Assembly (NCBI GenBank): GCA_964016885.1
Contig: OZ024743.1
Span: 278,628,001-278,692,000, forward strand
Length of the DNA: 64,000 bases
Reading direction: 5' to 3'
DNA from: Eledone cirrhosa
Lineage: Eukaryota
In this document: piece by piece, positions 50,166-64,000 of the stretch
Numbering within the stretch: position 1 is the stretch's first letter
Layout: each line of letters starts with the position of its first letter
Translations under genes and position numbers: made by a program
The notes under the pieces: model-generated
Database searches by the model: none
Seen by the model: the letters and a program-made list of their open reading frames with translations, nothing else
What the model was told of the DNA's origin: nothing

Positions 50166-51744
50166 ATCCACGTGCTATAAATCCTTTTAAAACCACAAGG
50201 AAACCAGTACAAATCGTTTTAAGTTGTGCGTGTGTTCGTTTATTTTCTGGTTGTTTATTCTACATATTCTTTTTCAGCTATTTATTTTTCATCTCTTTTC
50301 TCTGACATTGTTTCTTGATCTTTTCATCACAGATCTCAATAACTGTCTCTTATGTTACCCCATTTCAATACAATTATTGCGGTGACAATGACACCTGTCA
50401 ACGCCCTTCCCACACCCTAGCGTCTATCTCACTCACAGTCTCTCGCTCTCACTCTTGCTATTTCTCTTTCCTTTTCCTCTCTCTCGAACACTTATCTCTC
50501 TCTCACCCTCTCTCTTTTTTCTCTGTATCTCTCTCTCTTTCTCTCTTTATCTATATCTCTTTGCCTCTCTCTTTTGCTCCTACTCGATCGTCATGTTGTG
50601 TTTTTATAAATTCTTCTCTCATAATTTCCTCTTTATTTTCATACACTCACACACACACATAACTACACATACAACTACACACACACACATAACTACACAT
50701 ACAACTACACACACATTCAACACACACGTGCTCACACACACGTACCCTTTCTTTCTCTCACACATTGTCTCTCATTATTGCATAAATATTTCTTTATCAC
50801 ACTTTCTCTTACCCTCTATCACGCACATTCTTTCCCGCTTTCACACACACTCCCACGCCACTTCTACTGTTATTCTTTACTCCTCCCCGTTCTTCTCCCT
50901 TAGCATGCTATTGCTGCTTTTGTTGCTTCATTTTGCTTACGATTATTCAGGTTTAGAACAATTATCATTTTACTGAGCTAATGAAAAAAAACAAAGATCT
51001 ATGAGAGGAATTGATAAAGATAGTGAGAAAGAGAGCAGGAGGAAAGCGAATTAGATGAGTAGACGCAGAGAATTCATTCATCTCTCTCTCTCCCCCCTCT
51101 CTCTCTCTCTCTTGTTCAGTCTCTCAGCCCCCTCTTTCTCACATTTCCTTCGCTCTTACTCTGTCCTACGCAACTAAAACTTATTCTCTCCATACATATT
51201 TAAAAGCGCATTTGTACTTGAGAACAACTGAATGACACGGACACACACACACAGGCACACATACACACACATACATACAGACACACACACACACACACAC
51301 TAACAGAAAGAGCAAGAGAGGCAGAGATGGAGAGAGAGAGAGAGAGCGTGAGTGAGAAGAAAGGAAAGTGCGTGAGAGAGAGAGAGACAGAGAGGAGGAG
51401 AGAGTGAGAGAGAGAGAGAGAAAGCGTGTGTGTGTGCGTGTGTGCACTAGGGCAAGAGAGTGAGCGAAGACAGGGTAAAAAGTAACACATAACATAGTAT
51501 GATACAGTATAATAGTAGTGAGGCAAATACAAGAGCAAATAAAAGATAATTAGAATTCAAATGGTGGTTTGCTTGATGAGAATTATTGAATTGATAATTG
51601 ACTTAACATTTTGCTCTGGATCTTCCTCGACTCCGACGACGTTCCTTACAATTGTTCGATAATCGGAATAGCCTACTCGTGAAATGAATGATCAAGTGGC
51701 TGATCATTGTACTCTGTGTTTAGTTCTCAAAAGATCTCATCATA

Positions 51745-51922
51745 ACACAATGTGTGGCGCAGCCATCATTTTGAAATAAAGGTAACTTGGTGCCAGCTAA
51801 GTGAACTGGTGCCACCTGAAAATGTTCTTGCTCAAGGATACAAAGCGCCATCCGGTCCCAAAAGCGAACTCCCGAGCTTACGATCTTGAGCCAAACTTCC
51901 TTAACCACTTTGCCATTCACTT
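51745..51922 (-). mobile_element. Old SINE family 2
   Basis: tggcaaagtggttaag A-box, gagttcg B-box, gtatccttgagcaag. Confidence 0.6.
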
Positions 51923-54589
51923 TCACTAATATAACGTTAACCGTATCAACCGTGTTCCAAAGAACACAACCCACAGGACATGCTTCCAAAATGGAAATTA
52001 TTGTCCTTTCATATAGTTGATATTATACATGATGGCACTACTTTGTAGCATCTAAGATCGAGAGAAACCGAGTTTACTCTGCTGTCAATGTGTGAGTGAG
52101 TGTGTGTGTATGTACCCATTTACACTGCTAGTTGTTATGAAGTAGTTCTTTAACTCCTTATCAACCCCGATCAAGCTGACCCATGATCGAAGGTGTTCCA
52201 GGTTTAACCCTCTTGTCATGTGTAACTAAGACTAAATTATCTTCTGTTTTACATTTCCAACGGCAAGAAGAGTATCATTTGAGGGAAATTTGAAGCTGAT
52301 ATTTTAGCAGGTATAGAGATCACATTGAGACTCTTCTGGGCTTATATGGCGAAACATAAGATCCATCTATGAGCATCATGTTGTTTTATTTATTAAAAAA
52401 AAATATAATTAAGACTACATTATTTATTGTACTCATTTAATTTGGAAAGGCGTTTTTTTGAGAGATATTTAGCTGCTATTTCAAGCAGGTCAAGAGATCA
52501 CACGAGGCCTGCCAGATTGGCTTGACACTGATATTAGCTATTCTTGCTTTTCTGATAGTAATGGTGGTGATGGTGGTTATTGTGTTGATAGAGATATTAT
52601 ATGGAGACTAGAAATCAGCTTCCAGAATGAGGCTGGTACTTTACGTGACTGATTACGTTTCAATTGTATAAACACACACACACACACACACACACACAGA
52701 CGCACGCACGCACATAAATATATATGATCACTTTTCAAGATACTGGAAACCCGTTATAAGGAGGGAGGCCATTTGCGCTCGACCATATTAAGAATATTTT
52801 CGGCGTTATCTGGCAAAATTCGCTAACGCTAATGTCACTATTTTGAAAATAATTATATATATATATATATATATATATACGAAGGGATTCTGCAGTTTCT
52901 TTATACCAAATATCACTCACAAGGCATTTGTTAACTCGAAACAATAGTAAAAGACACTTACGTTGTTGTGCAGCGAGACTAAAACCAGAACGTCATGGTT
53001 GCAAAGCAAACTCCTTAACAAAACACTTATTTCTCACATATTTCCTGAGAATATGATCGAGAGGAATTCTCCGAGACACATATGGTTTTTGTTTCTGTGT
53101 TATTTGTAAGAGAGAGAGAGACTTTGATTCGATAAAGCAATATCTCAGAAATATCAAAGAAATGTGTGTTGAGGTTATAATGGATACGGAAGCAGCGAAG
53201 ATTTGGGTGTAACATTACAAAAGATTTTAGTGTAACATTAGCTCACCTTAACGCTATTTCTGTTAAAGATATGATATAATCTTATGAAATCTAAGATTTC
53301 TGTTATCTGTTCATAATATTGAGATAATACATATTACGTTGGTGCGTTAATGGCTGTAGCATATTATCAAGGAAACGGTGGTCAAAGTATACATGAATAG
53401 TGTTAATAGATTTATTGCAGAGAGCAATAACAAAGTTACTATAAATGTTTTAATTATACAAGTAATATACAAGGACAATATGTGTTAATGAATAATATTA
53501 TTTTCATTTTCTTCGACAAAACAAATGTGGTTGTGTTTCAATCTCATTAAGGCCTCCTCAGAGAGGCATACTTTTCACAGAACTTTCATGAGTAAAAAAA
53601 CATTCACTAAGTACATGTAAAAAATTATTTCTTGGTTTGTGTAAGAAGATATCATTGTTTAGAGAATAAGTAATTCCGAGATGCTATCCATGCAAAAGAT
53701 AATATTGAAGTTAGCGTTAATGTATTTGATGCTCGGACTACAGAGGCTAACTGTCAATCTATTTTAAGATGCCATCGTGACTGGGCATATATACGAGTCC
53801 GTGTGTAATCATTGATGTACTCACTTAAATAACTAAAACTTTGAGACTTTCATACACACAAAATATGTAATTATACCAGTAAGAAGCTGTTTTTGTTTAT
53901 GTGCCAATGCACCATTCATTCTTTGAGCAAGTTGTCATAGAGAACTCTGGTTTCTGTAGTCACTAAACTTCCGTTTTTCTCCGCCAAATCGGGAGTGGGG
54001 ATAATGCTGATGAATGAACCTAATGATACCGCAAGCTGTTCGCCGCCACAGTGATTTCGTGAGTTTGTCAAGGGGGCAGAGTTTGCCCGTCCACATTTCT
54101 TCTCTTTATTTATGTATATTTTCTTTCCATCGTGTTAAAAACCTTTTTTTTTTACTCTTTTTGTTTGTAAATATATACAGTTGATTTTGTTTTGTTATTT
54201 TGTAACTATTTGTATCCTTTTTCAGAAGAAAAGTAAACATTTTCTTCAGCTTAACGTTTGAAACTGTAACTAATAATTGACATGCCAAAATATGTTGATA
54301 TTTCAGATATTCCAATGAAGCAGATGTTGTAATGACGTAATATTCACATAAAATGGAGAGGCGCCATTAATCATTTTGAATTAAGTTATCCGACTATTTT
54401 CTGTCTTTATAATTGACAATAATGATGGTTTCTGCTTGAGGGACAAGGCCAACAATGTTTGGGGGGGGGGGGGGGTCAATTAAATCGACCACAAGCCGGT
54501 AATTTATTTTATCAATCCCGTAAGGATGAAGGGCAAAGCTAAACTCAGCGGGATTTTAAGCCACAAGAGATGAAACATGTAGCACATTA

Positions 54590-55285
54590 CAGACGACTGA
54601 GATAGTGGAGATTTACAAACAATTGAAAGCATCTAAACAAATAAAACTTATAAACAATAAAATTATAGCCATAAAATTCCCTGATATGGGAGAAAACCAC
54701 CCAAGGGTACCTAAGGAATCCACAGATCCTAATCCACCCCAAATCACCAAGAGCACCATAGGAAAGTGCCCTTCTCGCCAAACGCTCCAGCCTACTGGTG
54801 CATGCTCAAAGTAAGCACAACCACTCGAGTCATTATCGCTACATACACTCACCTTTTGAAACATGTACTGAGGAATGGAAGGGGGGGGGGGCTATTCCCT
54901 CTCAACCCTCACCTTCCTTTCCAAATGAAACTTTAAAAAGTTTATGAGGGTTGGCAGAAGAGGAAAATGTCTGTCTTCAGTCCTTTAAGCCGCATCCACC
55001 TCTTTCGCTACTGCCATCAAACAACCTCTTTCGCTACAGCCACCAAACAGATGGCCCTTCCCAACGGAACAAACTTCACGATGGATAGCTGTGGCAGAGG
55101 CACAACTTTGCAACAAAAGCACAATTTCGATTTGAGGGACCGTGACGGTCACGTTCTGCTCGATTCCAGCAGATGTGTGCAGCTTTTCAGCAGCACTTTA
55201 ACAACTATGCGGAGAGAGCTTGCTTTTTGTAATGTCTTACAGGTTTCGGCCCTTGTGACCAATAAAGACAGAATTATTATTATTG
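54590..55285 (+). mobile_element. Heavily deleted Tx1-like LINE remnant (copy E)
   Basis: Possible ORF1 C-terminal fragment, ORF2 linker fragment 55090-55200, tail ggcccttgtgaccaataaagacagaattattattatt. Confidence 0.65.
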
Positions 55286-55318
55286 GTAGTAGTAGTAGTA
55301 ATAGTGGTAGTGGTGGAT

Positions 55319-55365
<47 letters not shown>

Positions 55366-55560
55366 CGTAGTAATTGCTGTTGTTGTTGTTGTGTTGATGT
55401 TATTTTTGTTTTTCTAATAAAGAAGTGGAGAAGAATAAAATAAACTAACATGAATAGATTTAGAGCTAATATATAATAGACAAATACAATTCTCTCATGC
55501 AAAATCAGTTACATGAACATATGAACTCAAGAATCTTATTAAATTATCACTGTGTGTGTG

Positions 55561-55666
<106 letters not shown>

Positions 55667-55705
55667 CATATATTTATATATATATCTATATATGTACATA
55701 TATAT

Positions 55706-55779
<74 letters not shown>

Positions 55780-56644
55780 GTGTGTGTGTGCATACATACA
55801 CACAGAAAAAAAACATGAAATTACAAATACAATAATACAATACAGCAGCATATCAAATAGTCACCAATAATTCTAGAACAGTTGAATTTCACTACCAAAG
55901 GGGTCATTTGGTCAACTAGACGAAATTATATTGCAGGCAATGAAAATAAATTCTTCAACCATATTTTGTGTAAAAAAAATAATAGCAACAATAAAACATT
56001 ACAAAATAAAATATAACATATTTAAGTGAAATAAAAAGTGATAAAAAATAATAACAAAGAAACGTTTCACGAATATTACTTTGAAGTGGATGAGCAAAAA
56101 CATATAAATAACAACATAAAATTAATTTTGAAAAAAAATAGTCTTTTATTCGTAAGGAATTTGATTTAATACCATTAACCACTAACCATTACCTTAGGAT
56201 TACTTTTTTGTCTTGTCTTGAATTTCATTATTTTTTATTATATTTTATGCTGAATTCTTCACTTCAATTGTGTCGATAATCATGAGGCAATAAATACATT
56301 TCTACCATTTCCATCCCTCCATTCCTTAACATTCACATTTCAAGGTAATAATACGTGTTTTTTTTTGTTTGTTTAACATTTTTAGACGGAGAGTACTTTA
56401 TGTATTTATTTATTCATTTATTTATTTATTTATTTATTCTTTTGCTTTTTGCAAAAAAATATTGTCATTCCTTAAATACAATTATGAGATTCAAGGACAT
56501 TTACATTTGACAGGTATGACAAATATGAAGCTATTGCAGGTGCAATATCGTGACGAACGATTGTGTCTGAAATATGAACAAGAATATGAGCTTTGGAATA
56601 TAGGCCTTTGTGTGTGTAAAAGTGTAATGTGTTCTGAGAATTAT

Positions 56645-56743
<99 letters not shown>

Positions 56744-56967
56744 TGCGCACACACGCGCACACATATATACTCATATACATACATACATGAATGAATATGT
56801 CTGTGAGTGTTGTGTTCGTGCGTGTATGAACACCCGTTTACTTGTACATGTACGTTTGTTCATGTATGTTGCCATCTGGTAGATGGATAAGTGGCATTCG
56901 CATAATAAATTCAAAAGTTAATATAGAAAAAGTGTCACAAATTACCTTCTACTAAACGTTTGAAACT

Positions 56968-57033
<66 letters not shown>
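56968..57033. repeat. (TATC)n microsatellite
   Basis: Directly visible. Confidence 0.95.
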
Positions 57034-57268
57034 AACCAACATATTACTCCATCTATATACCAGTCTGCTTTTCTATAGATATCAATAGTTATCCGATCAT
57101 GAATATTTACCAATGTATCTCACTTCGGACAAGAACTTGAATATAAGAACAACCAAATAGTTATCCGAAAATATATAGATATGTTTCTTTATTAGCCACA
57201 GGGGCACAAAAGAAGGGGACAAATACAAAGGGGGAAGTTTACATACAATAAAAACCTGGAAAATACTA

Positions 57269-60176
57269 TCACAAATGCAATTTAAAAATTAATCGATTTT
57301 CCCCCATGTGGGGAGACATTTCATATGGATCAGACATACCCCCGAAAAAATGTGCAACCCTCATCTCTAGGAGTACCCCTTTCCTCTCTTCCTCTTTTTC
57401 CTCAACCTCCAAGCTGATATAGAGAGAAGGCCCATTCACTCGGACCATTCTCGACACTTTCCCCCACCTTTCATAAAACTTACTGGGGCACAGCACCTCT
57501 CTCTCCATCCTAATTCTTCTTCCAAAGTGGTATTTGAAAAAAAGAATCAGTTGTACGCCGGAGAAAAAGGTGTCTGACCTCAGCCCTTTTAACCTCGTCC
57601 ACGATACACCCTCTTTCGCCATAGCTATAACACAAAGAAAAACCGCCTCTCCTTCGTTGTTGAAGGAGGGTGGCAGTTTGCTCATGACAATGGACTCGGT
57701 GGTCAACCGGATTGGTCCGACCCGCGACAATAGTCGATCTACATAGCCCCACAGGTCGATAACGCCCGGGCAGTGTATGAATGCGTACGCGACGGTTTCT
57801 TCGTATCGCACGCATCTCGGACAGATCTTTTTTCGAAGCGTGCCTGCCCGGTCGCCCATGTCTGGAGAGCTTGTCTCGAACTGGTAGAGCTCCTCGGTAG
57901 CACTGCCAGGCCAGGGACTATTGGAAGTTGTCCATCGGTCCCGGGTGAAAGGTCCTACCGAACAGGCTGGCCAGTTCGTCTTCCTCTACGCCTATAGTTT
58001 CTCCGAGCACGTCGTCCCACTTGCTGCGGATCAACCCTCTATAGAATGACGAAGTGGAAGCTCCACTGATCGCCGGGTCCGCCAGCCAGAGGGCTGTGAG
58101 CGCCTGAGCACATTCGATGTACCAATCGTCCATTTTCCTCGGTCTTTGCCTGACCCAGGACTGCAGCTCGGTCAGTGAGACAAATTGTGGGAAGGTTCGC
58201 CTCACGAACGGGGCCACACCGGCTGTCCGGTGAGGAATACGTAGAGATGCCGCAACCTGAGCGCGTGTTTGCGCATCGTCAGCCACGGCATCCCCAGCCC
58301 TCCGTTGGAAGGGTGTTGGCAGCAGATGGATATTCTCACCAGCGGAGACCGCTTCTTCCAGAGGAATTGGAAGAGCGCGCGCTCCATTTTGGTTAGCGTT
58401 TTGGCTGGACAAGGCACGAGGGTCAAGCGGTAGTAGATGGCGGACGCTATAAAAGTGTTCGCTACCTCCGCTCGACCTTTGAATGATGGTTTGCACTCGG
58501 CCCACTTCTGGGTGAGTGCAAACACCTTGGCCGTCACCTCGTTCCAGTTCTTCTCCACCTGGAGGTTCGGATCAAACCATACCCCGAGCAAATTTACCGG
58601 TCCTTCCGTCCAGCATCCGACGACGCCATCGGAAGGCATCAGTTTGCCTCTCCACGATCCGAGTTGCAAAACGATGGATTTGTCCCGGTTCAGCTTCGCT
58701 CCTGTGAACCTTTCGTATTCCTTCAGTAAGGTGCCAACTTCCTCGATTTGCGAGGTGCTCGACACCATTACTGTAAAATTCGTAGGGTAGACCGTCGAGA
58801 CCTGGAGATTTGCGTTTGCCGCATTGGCTCAGCCCGTCCCCTATCTCAGCGTCTGAAATCGGCTTTTCGCAGAACTGCATCTCGCTGTCCGAGAGTCGCG
58901 GTAGGCCGTCGATGTATGGACCGAATCCATAGCCCCTCCCGGCGCACCGCCCTGCACGAACAGCTGAGCAAAGTGCCACTGAAAGGCCGCGCACCTGCTT
59001 CGGCTCAAGTATCACGCGTCCGTCTTGGTCCTTCAAAGACCGAATCGCGGACTTGTTGCCATGTTTTGCCTCCGTCACCCGGGCCCAGCTAACAGCTTTG
59101 GCTCCCTCGTTACCTAGAGCACTTATTTTGCTTCTGACAACGCAGCCCTTGTGCTTTGCGTGGAAGAACTGGTCCAAGGCCGTTCTCCTTGCTAGCACGC
59201 TGGCTACGTTGCCATTTCTAATTGCCTCTTCTACTTTATCTATCAGTTCCTTCTCGGTCCTATTTCTAGTTAACGCTAATTCTTTACTAAAAACTAACGA
59301 GTCTAATCTAACTGCCCTCTTGAGAGAATACCACCATATGTTGTTGACAATGGCCCCTCTCAAGTGCTGTTTAACAAAAGTGCTAATCCGTCTACTGTAG
59401 GCTTTGCATGTCGGTAACGACAAGCTCAGCTTCCAGTAGCCAGGTCCTTGTCTATGGGTTCTATCAAGGTTGAACATGCAGGTCACTAGTTTGTGATCTG
59501 AATAGGCAACCATGAACATTTTATGACAGCTTAACATGTCGCTATCTTTTTTTCTAACTAGAACCCTATCTAGGTACGATCTATATGTTCTGCTACGATT
59601 AGTCCACGTCCACAGTGGCACAGTCGGGAAATCTAGTCGATATCTATCGGCCAGGTCAAATCGGCCGTTTAACTGGTTGAGGCTGTTACACCCCCCCCCC
59701 CCTTATCGGGACATGCTCCTACATAGTCCCAACGTGCATCTAGTATTCCATTCCAGTCACCCTCTAAAAGCAAGGAGCGGAACGTTCCCAGAAAAGTCTC
59801 TAGACATTTGAAGAAGTCTGGCTGCGGTGTCCCGGATGGGGCATATGCGGCCACCAACCTGAAAGCTCCACCTTCACTACCGTCAACGTCTAGGACCACC
59901 AGTCAACCTTCCGGGACCAGATGTACCATCTGTGTTACGAGATCCAGGTGTTTCCGCAGCAAAACGGCAACCCCGCCTCCACCTCCCGGCTTTCAGAGAG
60001 ATGCGTAGATCTCAAAGTCGTCGAATATGGGGGTCATCTCTCGCTCGCTGTGGATCCTGGACTCGCAAATGGCTACTACATCCACTGTGCGATCTGAGAT
60101 CGTTTAAGAGTTTGTCCTACTTCCAGGGCATCCCCAGGCCGCGTAGGTCCACACATCCAAATCTTATAATGGCCAT
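57269..60176 (-). pseudogene. LINE D ORF2
   Basis: Endonuclease (EGDWN, WTW, SYLDR, SDHK), KSPGLDGLPYEFY joined directly to post-YADD MVSST at ~58770, C-terminal CPRC..ETVAYAFIHC. Confidence 0.9.
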
Positions 60177-60214
60177 GTTGGTGCTGAAAAGTTAAAAGAA
60201 GAGGAAAAGAAATC

Positions 60215-60999
60215 ACTCACCTCTTCGTCACCTGGGGACCAGGCTGCACGATTTCCATGGGGGTGTTGAAGGGGTTGTCTTGACGGAGATGTTTGGTGGG
60301 GAGGGGGTGTCTGGGGTGGGGGTGTCTGGTGGGATGGGGGTGTCTGGGGTGGGGAGACATTTGAGAAGGACGCGATTAATTGTTTTCACGCAGGAATTCC
60401 TCACATCCTTTTCAAATGTTTCTTTTAGGGACCTATAAGTTTGTATAGAGACCCTAATCAGTTTTAGGTTCGGTTTTTGATTATTTTTATTAGAGTGTGC
60501 GCAAGTTTTCCCTTCGGTTTTCACCGAAGGGTTGTTCGTGATGGTCTCCATTAGTGTTTTGTTTTCAGTGTTTATGTATGTGTAAGTGTAATTTTCTTGT
60601 GCTGTCTTTGTTTTTGTCTGTAGTTCTTGTGTGTGCGTTCGTTTTTTTGTAGGTGTTTTTGTTTGGAGTGATGTCGTGGTTTTGTTTTCGGGACGGGTTG
60701 GGGGCGGCGGTTGCAATATTTGTGTTGTTTGTGTTGGTGGTTGTATGTTTGTAGTGATGTTTGTTGCTTTTTTGTTCTTGTGGTGATTTTCTTCTTTCTT
60801 TTCGAACGGAGAGGCTCTCCCTCATCGTCACTTGGTGATGATGAGAGGGGCCTCGTCCGTTTTGGTGTCTGTGTTCTTTGGAAGGGGTATATTTTTGGGA
60901 GCTGTTGTGTTTGTTTTTGCAGTGGTTTTAGGTGGAGTGGGGTTGGGTGGGACTGTGCTTACAGTTTGGTTTGTTGTTCTTGTTTTGGTTATGTTTGCG

Positions 61000-61041
<42 letters not shown>

Positions 61042-62056
61042 GGTGGTGGTGGTGGTGGTGGTGGTGGTGGTGGTGGTGGTGGTGGTGGTAGTGGTGGTGG
61101 TGGTGGTGGTCGTCGTTGTGTTGTTGTTTTGGGTGTTGGCTGTAGTGCCTCTTTTTTTTGCAGCAAGCTGAGGACAGTAAGCCTTCAGGTGACCCCTGCT
61201 TAAACAGTGGTAACATGAAGGCCGCCTACCCTCAACAGAAATGTTTATGTATGAAATACCATCCAGAGGCACACGTTGGGGTATTTTAGCTATCCGTTCT
61301 GGCCTCATTTCGACCAAAACTTCCAGGCTTGTACCATTGAATGTGCCTCTGGAGGACTTTCCCACTGAAATGATGGTGCCTTCATCGAAATCGATGAAGC
61401 CAGTCAAAATCCACCAAACGTTTACATTTGGTGTAATGTTCGAAATTTTAATTTTCTGGGTTCTTTTTCCCATATATGTGGGGACAAAGGTGTAAAGGGG
61501 GGACACAATTGGCGACACAATATTTTGGGGCCGTCAATTGGTCTATCATCAACACCGAAATGCTTCCAAAAAGTTTACCTTTTTGGATGAAGGCAATATC
61601 CTTCATTGAATTTTTCACAACCAGTTCAATGTCGTTTTGGGATAATTGGACTGGTTTTTTTGACACATTTGAAACTGTCCTAACAATTATTGTTTTTAGG
61701 ATAGTTTCTCTACGTAACTGTTGAGGAGAAGTGATGCTGAAAGAACCACTCTCACCCAAATATTACATACTGCTTTGCATCTCTTAACAACTCCCTAGCA
61801 TTGGAGATGTCAAGACATGTAAACAGTTCCGTCTTTTGGACGGTTTGTGCAAAGGAAATCTTTTCCTTGTTGGTGGTGTTGTCATTATTCTTGTTATTGT
61901 TGTTGTTATTCTTGTTGTCACTGATGTTGATATTATTCGTATTTTCCTTGGTGTTGGTGTTGTTGTTGTCTTTGATGCTGGTATTATTGGTGTTGTCTTT
62001 ATTTTTTTCTTTGTTGTTGTTATAGATAAATAGTTACATAGGCAGAAGAAATTCAT
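60215..62056 (-). pseudogene. LINE D ORF1
   Basis: CYHCLSRGHLKAYC knuckle, poly-T and poly-N tracts; frameshifts. Confidence 0.82.
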
Positions 62057-62229
62057 CGAAATGTTTTTATATATGTTTAATCATGATTAAAGTAAATGTG
62101 GAAGGAAATGATTGTCATTGATCTAATTGAATATATAATGAAACAAGGCGATTTTCGGAGTGACAAGAAAGAGAAATCAATGAAAATCAAGAAGTGGAGT
62201 ATCATCACATAGACTGCGCCACACTCAGC

Positions 62230-62560
62230 ACCAGGCATGACCCTGATAGTGCAAACATCCTGAAAGTTTTGTTTACGACAAATGACCTAATCGGGAATGC
62301 GCCCATGTTCGGATTCGGGTGAATCCAAGTAGCCACATAAGCGTCCCTCTGGGTGAAAAAGGGAGTTGCAAATGGCCAGTTCAAATTCAGTAAAAAGTTG
62401 AAGAAGGTGCCGTACATCACTATTCCTGTTTCAAAGACCATACTTCTCTGATCCTCCTCGACCACAAGTTTGATAACAAAGGAAATGGGTCGATATAATA
62501 TTGACATAGCTGCATTCTCTGAGTGTGGGTTACACCTGGGCTTGTAAACCTGAGGGAGAG
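62230..62560 (+). mobile_element. RTE-clade LINE 5' fragment
   Basis: Plus strand EMGRYNIDIAAFSEC resembles the RTE endonuclease motif EL.RY.IDIAALSETR. Confidence 0.6.
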
Positions 62561-62931
62561 AAATATGATTGAGGCGTAGGTTTTGCAATTCGAACTGAAC
62601 TAACCAGCCATCTACAGCAACAGTATGTTGTTAGTGACAGAATCATGGTCCTCAGAATTTCCTTTCCGCCGAGCCGTTCTTTGTCTATATTTTTTGTTTA
62701 TGCTCCAACTCTCCTCTGTGGCGAGGAATCTATAATGACATTCTATCAAAGCCTTTAATCTGCCATTGCCAAAGTTTCAAAATCAGACAAGATTCTTTTC
62801 CTTGCTTGACGTTAACGCCAGCGTTGGTAGGGAACACGAGACTTGGGAAGTATTTATATATACATATAAATGCATACATATATCCATGCATACACATATA
62901 CGTTTCTAGCTTCTCGATCTGTATATATGTT

Positions 62932-63008
<77 letters not shown>

Positions 63009-63302
63009 TTATGCGTATGTCTGTGGGGTGGGTGGGGTGGGTGGGGTGGGGGTACGTGCTTGTGTGGTGTTATATGTTTTTAAAAGCTTCTCTCTGTGAA
63101 TGTCCACATATTCCATCTTTGTATCGTCTACTTATTTGCTGCCACCACAGTGTATAGATCTCTATTTCTTCCAATCTCCCTACTTACTCTTCTTTCAATT
63201 TCCTACATCTTATCCTCTTGCAGTAGCTCCACTTCTTCCGTTTTAACAGAGCATCTAACATTACTATCATTGCTTCTTAAAATAGCACCCCAATCCTGAT
63301 CG

Positions 63303-63342
<40 letters not shown>

Positions 63343-63763
63343 TTTTAACGATGCTCAAACCAGAGTCAACACCCTTCTTTAAATGTTCACCGGTTTGCAA
63401 TACTTTGGACCATATCCGTGGTCTCATGAGAAATCTTTCTTTATTTCTCAAAAGCATTGGAAAAAAGTGTAAGTTCTCTTTCTTTGTTCATTTACGACAT
63501 AGAAACGTAGGATAGAGATAGTAGGGATGAAAATGATGGCGGAGATTTGGGGGATTCGAAACGGAAGTGGTGAGTAGAAACTGGTTCGAGAGTAAAACAC
63601 ATTTTATAGCATGTAAAGATTTAAAAAATATTTGGAGGTAAGTTTCACAAATTTGTAACTACCAGGACTTCTATAATTGTCTCAGAAATTGGAAGCTCGT
63701 AATAGTAAATAAATTAGCATGTGATATGTGCATGCTTGTATGTTTATGGCTGTGTATATGCCG

Positions 63764-63941
63764 GGTGGATTGGCAGTATCGGTAGAGGGTCGGACGCCAT
63801 GCTTTGCAGCAAAGAGTTACGGCCTTTTGCGCTCTGAGTTCAAATCCTGCCGAGGTTAACTTTGCCTTTCATCCATACGGAGTCGATAAAATAAAGTACC
63901 TGGGATAATTGCTGGCCTTGTGCCAAAAGTAGAAACAATTA
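63764..63941 (+). mobile_element. SINE family 1, near full length
   Basis: Consensus match. Confidence 0.9.
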
Positions 63942-64000
63942 TATAAATATGTATATGCATAAATATACTATTGGTATGTGTGCATGCATACGTTAAAGTA

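Larger units (their letters stand above)
57183..62200 (-). mobile_element. L1/Tx1-clade LINE, copy D (distinct subfamily, RT core deleted)
   Basis: ORF1, ORF2 and tail cccctgtggctaataaagaaac; 5' boundary approximate. Confidence 0.9.

Noticed and set aside
51720-51989. 89-aa protein-looking ORF on the minus strand
   Set aside because: Overlaps a decayed tRNA-SINE (A/B boxes, tccttgagcaag)
62205-62588. 127-aa minus-strand ORF
   Set aside because: Antisense to an RTE endonuclease fragment

Overview
Eukaryotic, AT-rich, microsatellite-dense non-genic or intronic DNA. The SINE sequences and repeat landscape look like an octopus/coleoid cephalopod genome (my inference, no database check). I can support no intact host protein-coding gene; nearly all listed ORFs are microsatellite artefacts or retroelement remnants. 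Zone 1 (1-26.5 kb) is a dense field of short, (TA)n-flanked elements, often fold-back or partial tandem. It carries about 20 type I hammerhead-ribozyme (HHR) motifs from many unrelated families, including a tandem array of 419-433-nt HHR monomers at 17.8-19.7 kb with retrozyme/Penelope pLTR architecture and stem I covariation. It also holds tRNA-SINEs, RTE fragments, an RNase H-bearing I-group LINE remnant and a deleted mariner. Zone 2 (26.5-34.7 kb) is repeat-poor with old SINEs. Zone 3 (35-62 kb) has a head-to-tail cluster of degenerate L1/Tx1-clade LINEs (35.0-47.3 kb) and an inverted relative (57.2-62.2 kb). All four share a splice-donor-like GTRAGT motif about 40 nt before the ORF2 ATG. 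All structures and alignments were done by eye; boundaries are approximate and ribozyme activity is untested.
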